Below, one piece after another: positions 9,436-16,822 of a DNA stretch of 64,000 bases. Source of the stretch: Minisyncoccia bacterium (GTDB lineage: Bacteria > Patescibacteriota > Minisyncoccia > Phycocordibacterales > Phycocordibacteraceae). Location of the stretch: contig JBBRPE010000001.1 of the NCBI GenBank assembly GCA_038228545.1, positions 110,924 through 174,923 on the forward strand. The letters run 5' to 3'. The position numbers and the translations under genes were made by a program. The notes below the pieces were generated by a model. It had not been told where the DNA came from, did not search any database, and was given only the letters and a program-made list of their open reading frames with translations. Positions within the stretch are counted from its first letter, which is position 1, and every line of letters starts with the position of its first letter.

Positions 9436-9611
9436 ACGGAACGAGTACTCCGCGAAAGCACGCTGTTCCGAAGACAGAGTAGTTTTGCGCAGAGTCGAGA
9501 AGAACTATCCCGACTACTGAAGCGCTTTAGGGATAGTTCGATATGAGACGACAACGCAAAACCCGACATCTGAGTGTCGGGCTGTGTGCTTTCTCGGAGT
9601 GCGAGTGGAGC
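9436..9611 (-). repeat. rod-like structured repeat, family B copy 2
   Basis: Minus strand: GCTCCACTCG, ACTCCGAGAAAGCAC/GTGCTTTCGCGGAGT, CGACACTCAGATGTCG, GAACTATCCC-TAAAGCGCTTCAGTAGTC-GGGATAGTTC. Confidence 0.8.
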
Positions 9612-9612
9612 G

Positions 9613-9975
9613 TTATACGCCCCCGCCGAAACCGGAACGTGACTTTGCCTTTCCGAGAGTCATGCGTCCGATAAGTCCCTGCTTCTTTTCACGTTCCTCT
9701 GTTGCCGTGTGCTTCTCGGGAGTCATGTTGGTGTTCGCTGCTTCTACCTTGTCGTGCTCCTTCTTTGCCTTGTCTTTCTTCTTCTGTTCAACTGCTTTCA
9801 CTTCCTTCTTGGAAACGATTTGAACGCCACGGTACATGCCCGTAGTCTCATCGATGCGGTGCGGAAGACGGAGTGCTCCGGACTCTTTGTCGACAACGAC
9901 GTTAGTCCCCGCAAGCGCATGGTGGCTGCGGCGGTTCTTGGTGTGCGAACTGGTGTGGCGCATTCGTACTGACAT
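9613..9975 (-). CDS. rpmF: 50S ribosomal protein L32 with long C-terminal extension
   Basis: MSVRMRHTSSHTKNRRSHHAL...LPHRIDETTGMYRG (Cys-less L32). Confidence 0.85.
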   Translation of the reverse strand: MSVRMRHTSSHTKNRRSHHALAGTNVVVDKESGALRLPHRIDETTGMYRGVQIVSKKEVKAVEQKKKDKAKKEHDKVEAANTNMTPEKHTATEEREKKQGLIGRMTLGKAKSRSGFGGGV

Positions 9976-10037
9976 AGTGGGAATACCGTACCATATGGCC
10001 TTATATATGGCTAGAGCACCCCTTTTCCTTGTTATAC

Positions 10038-10370
10038 GGCCCAGATAGTGCAAGGATTACTAGGTCGCCTTTGTGTGCTGAGCGGGACCTCAGCCGGGCG
10101 ATAATCCGAACGGTCTCTACGACCTTGTACCAATCCGGAATTTTTGGGAAATACCGGATGCACATCCAACAGAATTCCATGAACGTTTCTGCTGCTCGCC
10201 GCAAGGGGAGCAAACGAAAACGGGCCTGGCCGTACCGTCGAGATGGGTAGCTTAGCTCTATGAGCTGCCTCACAACCCGCGCCACCCAGGCGCACACACA
10301 GTCCTAATCTCGGAACATCTGTTCTTGACCCTGGACGGGGCCGCCGCGCAATCGGCGGCCTTTCCCTTTT
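10038..10370 (+). ncRNA. putative ~330-nt highly structured non-coding RNA
   Basis: Series of stems (GGATTA/TAATCC, TCGCC/GGCGA, GCTGAG/CTCAGC, ATCCGG/CCGGAT, GCAA tetraloop, GCGCC/GGCGC) ending in a plus-strand terminator, with no credible plus-strand CDS. Confidence 0.55.
10339..10370 (+). terminator. intrinsic terminator
   Basis: GGCCGCCG-CGCAAT-CGGCGGCC-TTTCCCTTTT. Confidence 0.8.
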
Positions 10371-10372
10371 CG

Positions 10373-10963
10373 TTATTCCTTTTCGTCCAGATGCAGAAAG
10401 GTCATACGATGTAGTTCACACGGGCCATGCTCACGGAGCGCTTCATAGTGCTTCTTGGTTCCGTATCCTTTATGTATATCGAATCCGTACAACGGATAGT
10501 CGAGTGCGAGTTTTTTCATAAGCCGGTCGCGCGTTACCTTGGCCGCGATAGATGCAAGCATAATGGCCGGAACGAGACCGTCGCCACCAATGATTGTTTC
10601 TTGTTCGTATTCCGGTGGAGCCTTGAGGGAACCGTCGAGATACACCTTTCCCTCTTCGGGATTCGGATGGAGTTTGCGTACACCGCGCCAAAGTGCACTT
10701 TTCACGGCAGGCGCAATGCCGCCCGCATCAATATCTTTCGCAGACACCAGTTGCACTACCGCCTGCACGGTTCCCTTTTTTATTTCTTCTTGAAGAAGCG
10801 CGAAGAGTACTTCGCGCTTCTTTTCTGAAAGCTTTTTCGAATCATTAAGGCCCGGAAACGCAGACTCAAAATCAAACTCTTTTGTGACGCGAATGACACC
10901 AACGGCAACCGGGCCAGCGAGCGGTCCACGACCAGCCTCATCAATTCCAATCAGGTACGACAT
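10373..10963 (-). CDS. rnhB: ribonuclease HII
   Basis: IGIDEAGRGPLAGPV, LNDSKKLS, ASIAAKVTRD, HKGYGT. Confidence 0.96.
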   Translation of the reverse strand: MSYLIGIDEAGRGPLAGPVAVGVIRVTKEFDFESAFPGLNDSKKLSEKKREVLFALLQEEIKKGTVQAVVQLVSAKDIDAGGIAPAVKSALWRGVRKLHPNPEEGKVYLDGSLKAPPEYEQETIIGGDGLVPAIMLASIAAKVTRDRLMKKLALDYPLYGFDIHKGYGTKKHYEALREHGPCELHRMTFLHLDEKE

Positions 10964-11015
10964 GGGCAAATCATAGCAGTTAGGGCTCTGGTACCAATTT
11001 GGTATCCTGTACGTA
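10964..11015. promoter_or_regulatory. back-to-back extended -10 promoters for rnhB and dnaE (probably leaderless)
   Basis: TGCTATGAT 6 nt before the rnhB ATG (minus strand); TGGTATCCT 7 nt before the dnaE ATG. Confidence 0.6.
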
Positions 11016-14000
11016 ATGACGAAGAGCGTACCAAATAGTCCCGAGATACTAGGCACGGGTGAGCTTGCGAGCGAGGCGTATAGCAATACGGTGAGCGAGA
11101 AAGCTGGGGCCCGCAACAACGTAGATGGGGTCGATTTGAAACGTTCTAAATTCGTACACCTCCATACGCATTCCCACTACTCCTTCCTTCAGGCACTACC
11201 GAAAGTGCCCGCTCTCGTGAAGGCGGCAGTAGCGGCTGATATGCCGGCACTTGCGCTTACGGACGTGGCGAATCTCCACGGTGCCGTGGAGTTCTACCAG
11301 GCGTGCGAGAAAGCGAAGTTAAAAGCGATTATCGGCGTGGATACCTATATTGCGCAACGTTCGCGTTTTGATAAGAATCCGGGAGACGAGGGAAAGCGTT
11401 CACATCTCGTTCTTCTTGCGGAAACGAATGAGGGCTATCGAAACCTTATGGTGCTCGTCACGAAAGCTTTCACCGAAGGCATGTTCGACAAGCCACGTAT
11501 CGATAAAGAGCTCTTACGCGAACACAAAGGCGGACTTATCGCTCTGATGCCGTCTTTCGCAGGAGAAGTCGCGCAGTATCTCAAAGCCGGAGACGTGAAG
11601 GGAGCCGGAGCCGCACTGGCTGAATACGTCAGCATCTTTGGAACAGAAAATGTGTTCCTTGAAATTACCCACCACCCGAAAGTCGATGGGCACGAAAAGC
11701 GCATGGAACAGATTAAAGAGCTTTCGTTACAGTCCGGTATTCCACTTGTCGCTCAACATGACGTGTACTACCTGAAGCCCTCCGACCGCGAAGCAACTGA
11801 GGTCATGCGTCGTATTGCGCACGGCTCAGAAGGTCGTAACGAGGAAGAGGATTTCTCATTTGTAAGTGAGGAACAGATGCGAAAGTGGTTCAAGGACATA
11901 CCCGACGCGGTTGACCGTTCCGGAGAAATTGCTGAGCGCTGTACCGTCACTATGGAGCTCGGGAGCTGGAACTTCCCCGCTGTTGAAACGGAGCCCGGCA
12001 AAACGCATGAGCAGATGCTCCGTGAACGCACGTATGGAGGACTCAGCATGCGCGGTATGGAAAAGACGGACGTTGTTGAAAAACGCATCGAATACGAGCT
12101 CGATGTCATCATCGGTAAGGGCTTCGCTCCCTACTTCCTCGCCGTGTCTGACCTACTCACCTTTGCGAAGAGCGAGGGTATTTTGACGACAACTCGCGGC
12201 TCAGCGGCTGGTTCGTTGGTGTCGTATCTCACGGGTATCACAAACGTTGACCCGCTTTTCTACAAGCTTCCATTCGAACGCTTCCTCAACCCCGAGCGCC
12301 CCAAAGCGCCTGATATCGACATGGACTTCGCTGACAACAGACGCGACGAGATGATTGCGTATGCAAAGCGTAAATATGGCGAGGATAAGGTTGCGCAGAT
12401 AGGCACCTTCGGCACCATGATGGCGCGTGCCGCCGTGCGCGACGTCGCGCGAGCTCTCGGGCATGCGTATAGGACCGGCGACCAAATTGCGAAACTCATA
12501 CCACTCGGTAGTCAGGGTTTCCCGATGACCATTGAACGCGCGCTTGAACTTGAGCCAGAGTTAAAACTTCTCTATGACCAGGATGACGACGCACGCCAAG
12601 TCATCGACCTTGCTCGTCAAATGGAAGGCTGTGTTCGCCATACCGGTGTGCACGCCGCGGGTGTCGTAATTGCACCGACGCCACTCACTGACTGGACACC
12701 GCTTCAGGTGGACCCGAAGACCGGCAAACTTATTACGCAGTACGACATGCATGCGGTGGAAGATGCGGGTCTTCTTAAGTTCGATTTCCTCGGCATTAAG
12801 AACCTCGCCATTCTCTCGGACGCCATTGCGCGCGTACAAAAAGACCGCGGCATCTTTATTGATATTGAAAACATTCCGATAGACGACGCAAAAACGTTTG
12901 CCATGCTCGCGCGCGGTGAGACGGAAGGTACATTCCAACTCAATGGCTCCGGCATGACGCGCTATCTGAAAGAACTACAGCCGACTTCGATTCATGATAT
13001 CAACGCGATGGTGGCGCTCTATCGCCCTGGTCCGATGGAAACGATTCCGCAATATATTGAGCGCAAGAAAAATCCGAAGCTTATCCGCTTCCTGGACCCA
13101 CGCATGGAAGACTACCTCGATGCATCCTACGGGCTCTTGGTGTATCAGGACGATGTGCTCCTGACTGCCATCAAACTTGGAGGCTACTCGTGGCTTGAAG
13201 CCGACACACTCCGTAAGGCTATGGGTAAGAAGATTCCGGCGGAGATGGAAGCGCAGAGAGAAAAACTTCTAAAAGGGTTCCAGGAGTTCGGAAAGATTTC
13301 AAAGGAGAAGGGCGATGCACTCTGGAAGCTCATTGAGCCGTTCGCTGCGTACGGATTTAATAAGGCCCACGCTGCCTGCTACGGCAAGGTTGCCTACCAA
13401 ACCGCCTACATGAAGGCTAATTACCCAGTCGAGTATATGGCGGCGGTGCTTACTGCGGATGCCGGTGACACGGAAAGCATCGCGACATTTGTTGCCGAGT
13501 GCGAACGTATGAAGATTCCCGTGCTTCCGCCAGACGTAAACGAAAGCGGTAGCGATTTCACGGTGGCAGGAGAAAAAGGCGACACGATTCGTTTCGGACT
13601 CACGACGATTAAGAACTTCGGCGAGGGAATCTCCGAAGCACTCCAGACCGAACGGACAAAGAACGGTCCCTTCACCGACCTGTCTGATTTCCTTTCGCGT
13701 ATTTCGTCCCGTAACCTCAATCGCAAATCACTCGAGTGTCTTATAAAATCAGGGGCGCTCGACCGATTTGCGGACCCGACGGGCGGACGCTCGCACCTTA
13801 TGAGTCACATCGAAACACTACTCACCTTCCACAAGGACGCCACAGTAGAAGCCCCACAAGATTCGCTGTTCGGTGCAGGGCTCTTTGCAGCTCCGAAGCT
13901 CACACTTCCTGCGGCAGATGTTTCGACAACACTATCCGACAAACTCGCGTGGGAAAAGGAGTTGCTTGGTATTTACGTATCCGGCCATCCACTCGATAGC

Positions 14001-14309
14001 CATACTGAAACGATAAGTAAAGCATCAACCACCATCGGTGCTATACGCACCGAGCCGCAAATAGGCCTTCCCGTTATTATCCCCGTACTTGTCCAGGAAG
14101 TACGTACAGTACTGACCAAAACCGGCGAAAAAATGGCATTTGTTAAGTTCGAAGACAAGTCTTCCTCCATCGAAGGTGTTATCTTCCCAAAGATTTATAA
14201 AGAACGCGGTGCGCTCGTGCAGGTAGGACAATGCCTTCTCCTTAAAGCGACCGTTAGTAATCGCAATGGCGAATTGTCGTTGGCAATCGAAAATCTCAAG
14301 GCACTCTAG
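11016..14309 (+). CDS. dnaE: DNA polymerase III alpha subunit
   Basis: PHP FVHLHTHSHYS, RGSAAGS, FERFLNPER, PDIDMDF, YGFNKAH, C-terminal OB fold. Confidence 0.97.
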   Translation: MTKSVPNSPEILGTGELASEAYSNTVSEKAGARNNVDGVDLKRSKFVHLHTHSHYSFLQALPKVPALVKAAVAADMPALALTDVANLHGAVEFYQACEKAKLKAIIGVDTYIAQRSRFDKNPGDEGKRSHLVLLAETNEGYRNLMVLVTKAFTEGMFDKPRIDKELLREHKGGLIALMPSFAGEVAQYLKAGDVKGAGAALAEYVSIFGTENVFLEITHHPKVDGHEKRMEQIKELSLQSGIPLVAQHDVYYLKPSDREATEVMRRIAHGSEGRNEEEDFSFVSEEQMRKWFKDIPDAVDRSGEIAERCTVTMELGSWNFPAVETEPGKTHEQMLRERTYGGLSMRGMEKTDVVEKRIEYELDVIIGKGFAPYFLAVSDLLTFAKSEGILTTTRGSAAGSLVSYLTGITNVDPLFYKLPFERFLNPERPKAPDIDMDFADNRRDEMIAYAKRKYGEDKVAQIGTFGTMMARAAVRDVARALGHAYRTGDQIAKLIPLGSQGFPMTIERALELEPELKLLYDQDDDARQVIDLARQMEGCVRHTGVHAAGVVIAPTPLTDWTPLQVDPKTGKLITQYDMHAVEDAGLLKFDFLGIKNLAILSDAIARVQKDRGIFIDIENIPIDDAKTFAMLARGETEGTFQLNGSGMTRYLKELQPTSIHDINAMVALYRPGPMETIPQYIERKKNPKLIRFLDPRMEDYLDASYGLLVYQDDVLLTAIKLGGYSWLEADTLRKAMGKKIPAEMEAQREKLLKGFQEFGKISKEKGDALWKLIEPFAAYGFNKAHAACYGKVAYQTAYMKANYPVEYMAAVLTADAGDTESIATFVAECERMKIPVLPPDVNESGSDFTVAGEKGDTIRFGLTTIKNFGEGISEALQTERTKNGPFTDLSDFLSRISSRNLNRKSLECLIKSGALDRFADPTGGRSHLMSHIETLLTFHKDATVEAPQDSLFGAGLFAAPKLTLPAADVSTTLSDKLAWEKELLGIYVSGHPLDSHTETISKASTTIGAIRTEPQIGLPVIIPVLVQEVRTVLTKTGEKMAFVKFEDKSSSIEGVIFPKIYKERGALVQVGQCLLLKATVSNRNGELSLAIENLKAL

Positions 14310-14369
14310 TTTTCTGCGACCCTTGTGTTATAACGCCTTCAGGCCGAGCACAGAACAAAGGAGGTTACC

Positions 14370-14627
14370 GTGGCAGCCAGCTTCAGCATGCGCGCTACGC
14401 TCCACTATCGATGGATAGAGGGCCTGCTCGAGATAGAGTACGTGATACCCGTCCGCAAATGGATTAACTTCAACGTGGTCAGCAAAGGGGGTCGCCTCAT
14501 TCTCCTTCCACCAGGAGTCGATATCGACGGCCCACTCGCGCACTTCCTCGCAACGAGCGAGCCCGTCTGGGACAACCCGCTCAAGCATGTCGACCGCATC
14601 ACCAGAGTTCGAAATAGGCCCCGCTAG
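14370..14627 (+). CDS. small hypothetical protein
   Basis: AGGAGG SD before GTG, upstream TGTTATAAC, terminator directly downstream. Confidence 0.5.
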   Translation: MAASFSMRATLHYRWIEGLLEIEYVIPVRKWINFNVVSKGGRLILLPPGVDIDGPLAHFLATSEPVWDNPLKHVDRITRVRNRPR

Positions 14628-14638
14628 GTCTTCATAGT

Positions 14639-14671
14639 ACGGCGGCTCTCCGGAGCCGCCGTTATCCTTTT
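14639..14671 (+). terminator. intrinsic terminator
   Basis: ACGGCGGCTC-TCCG-GAGCCGCCGT-TATCCTTTT. Confidence 0.7.
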
Positions 14672-14692
14672 ATGCTATTCTCAGAGAGATAT

Positions 14693-16435
14693 ATGGCCTC
14701 CCTCGAGGAAAAACGACACACCCTGGCACATCTGCTCGCAGCGGCTGTAGCTGAACGCTACCCACACGCAAAGGCCACTATTGGCCCCGCTATAGATAAC
14801 GGCTTTTACTACGATTTCGACTTCTCAGGAGGACCTCCTCCGAAGGAAGGCGACCTTCCGCTTATAGAAGAAGCTATGCGCGAACTCCTTCCATCGTGGG
14901 CAGACATGAACGGCACGGAAGTATCCGAGAAGGATGCTCGCGACCGCTTTGCCGGAAATCCATTCAAGCTCGAGATTATTGACGGCATCGTAACCGCCAA
15001 CGAACCAATCACCATTTACACAGCCGAAAACTTCACTGACCTCTGTCGCGGTGGCCACAGCGACACCCCGGCGCGTGATATTAAGTCCGACTCATTCGCA
15101 ATCGATCGCATTGCCGGAGCCTATTGGCGTGGCGACGAGAAGAATCCACAGCTTACCCGCATCTACGGACTCGCGTTTGAAACCAAGGAAGAGCTCGATA
15201 CATACCGCGAGCAGATGGAAGAGGCAAAGAAGCGTGACCACAAGAAGCTCGGGAAAGAACTCGACCTCTTCGTGTTTTCTGATTTGGTCGGTCCTGGTCT
15301 TCCGCTCTTTACCCCAAAGGGCACCATGGTGCGCAACTTGCTCGACGAATTCGTGTGGGAGCTCCGTCAGGCTGCCGGATATGAAAAGGTAGAAATTCCT
15401 CACATTACAAAGAAAGCCCTCTACGAGACATCCGGTCACTGGGAGAAATTCAAGGATGAGCTATTCAGAATTACGACCCGCGAGGGACACGAATTCGCAA
15501 TGAAGCCGATGAACTGCCCGCATCACACCCAGATATACGACCGCAAACAATGGAGCTACCGCGAGCTACCGCAACGCTACTGCAATACGACCGCCTGCTA
15601 CCGCGATGAGCAGACTGGTGAGCTATCCGGTCTTTCGCGTGTCCGTGCGTTCTGGCAGGATGATGCGCATGTCTTCTGTCGCACTGACCAGGTAAAGGAA
15701 GAATTCCTTAAGGTGTGGGACATTATTCATTCGTTCTACGGTACATTCGGTTTCGAGCTCAAGGTTCGTCTTTCTACCCACGACCCGGAACATCCGGAGA
15801 ACTACCTCGGAGGACCTGAAGTATGGGCAAAGACCGAAGGCGTACTACGAGACATCATTGCGGAAAAGAATGTGGACGCTATGGATGGTGTTGGCGAGGC
15901 TGCTTTCTACGGTCCAAAACTCGACTTCATTGCGAACGATTCTATCGGCCGAGAATGGCAGGTGGCTACTATCCAGCTCGACATGAGCCAGCCAGAGAGC
16001 TTCAATCTAACGTGCATTAACGAGGAGGGTCAGAAGGAGCGCATCGTTATGATTCACGCGGCTATCATGGGCTCCATAGAGCGTTTTCTTTCCATATACA
16101 TTGAGCACTGCGCAGGCGCCTTCCCTACCTGGCTTTCGCCAGTACAGGCACGTGTCCTTCCCGTATCCGATAAGCATGCTGAGTACGCCACACAGGTAGC
16201 GAATGAGCTCAAGGCAGCGGGTATACGTGCGGACGTGGATGGTGCAAACGAATCACTCGGCAAGAAAATCCGCGCGGCTAAGGGAGAAAAGATTCCCTAC
16301 CTACTCGTCGTCGGCGATAAGGAAATAGAGGAGAAGTCGGCAAGTGTCGAAGCGCGTGGCGATGAGAAACTGGGAGCTCTCAGTATTCCTGATTTCATTA
16401 CGCGTGTAGTGAGCGAAATTCAGTCACGCTCCTAA
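14693..16435 (+). CDS. thrS: threonyl-tRNA synthetase (no N-terminal TGS domain)
   Basis: RHTLAHLL, DLCRGGH, KPMNCPHH, QDDAHVFC, HAAIMGSIERF. Confidence 0.97.
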   Translation: MASLEEKRHTLAHLLAAAVAERYPHAKATIGPAIDNGFYYDFDFSGGPPPKEGDLPLIEEAMRELLPSWADMNGTEVSEKDARDRFAGNPFKLEIIDGIVTANEPITIYTAENFTDLCRGGHSDTPARDIKSDSFAIDRIAGAYWRGDEKNPQLTRIYGLAFETKEELDTYREQMEEAKKRDHKKLGKELDLFVFSDLVGPGLPLFTPKGTMVRNLLDEFVWELRQAAGYEKVEIPHITKKALYETSGHWEKFKDELFRITTREGHEFAMKPMNCPHHTQIYDRKQWSYRELPQRYCNTTACYRDEQTGELSGLSRVRAFWQDDAHVFCRTDQVKEEFLKVWDIIHSFYGTFGFELKVRLSTHDPEHPENYLGGPEVWAKTEGVLRDIIAEKNVDAMDGVGEAAFYGPKLDFIANDSIGREWQVATIQLDMSQPESFNLTCINEEGQKERIVMIHAAIMGSIERFLSIYIEHCAGAFPTWLSPVQARVLPVSDKHAEYATQVANELKAAGIRADVDGANESLGKKIRAAKGEKIPYLLVVGDKEIEEKSASVEARGDEKLGALSIPDFITRVVSEIQSRS

Positions 16436-16449
16436 GGAATCAATAATGA

Positions 16450-16484
16450 GAAAAGGGCCTGGCGCTAACGCGCAAGGCCCTTTT
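16450..16484. terminator. bidirectional terminator
   Basis: AAAAGGGCCT..GCG/CGC..AGGCCCTTTT. Confidence 0.7.
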
Positions 16485-16505
16485 GCCACGTCCGCACTCT
16501 CTCCG

Positions 16506-16721
16506 CTACCTGATGAGCGGAAGTGGCACCCCGAACACGGTGTGTGCCAGGATGAAGACGATGGAGACGAGGGCGGTACCCGCTCCAAGGACGGTCATCC
16601 ATCCACCTGAAAGGAACCACGAGGACTCCTTCTTGGACGGGGGTTTTTGCTTTGTAAGCGGCGAACGGCGTCCGGAACGGTGATTGAACTTTCCGGAACC
16701 ACCACCGTGGTCATAGGCCAT
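16506..16721 (-). CDS. small single-pass membrane protein
   Basis: AGGAG SD, basic N-terminus, C-terminal hydrophobic helix; flanked by terminators. Confidence 0.55.
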   Translation of the reverse strand: MAYDHGGGSGKFNHRSGRRSPLTKQKPPSKKESSWFLSGGWMTVLGAGTALVSIVFILAHTVFGVPLPLIR

Positions 16722-16769
16722 GGGTTGTGCTCCTATTGCTGCCCCGCGAGAGTATGCGCCTCATGGAGG

Positions 16770-16814
16770 TAAATGCAAAAGCCGCAGACCAGAGGTCTGC
16801 GGCTTTTGCATTTA
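16770..16814 (-). terminator. intrinsic terminator of the large surface protein gene
   Basis: TAAATGCAAAAGCCGCAGACC-AGA-GGTCTGCGGCTTTTGCATTTA. Confidence 0.8.
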
Positions 16815-16822
16815 GTAAGAGA

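Noticed and set aside
10038-10370. RNase P RNA, tmRNA, SRP RNA or group II intron identity
   Set aside because: No GAGGAAAGUCC/P4, no tRNA-like ends with CCA, no SRP domain IV motif and no domain V were seen.
11016-14309. Intein or intron in dnaE or gyrB
   Set aside because: Lengths and motif spacing are normal, and no splicing motifs were seen.
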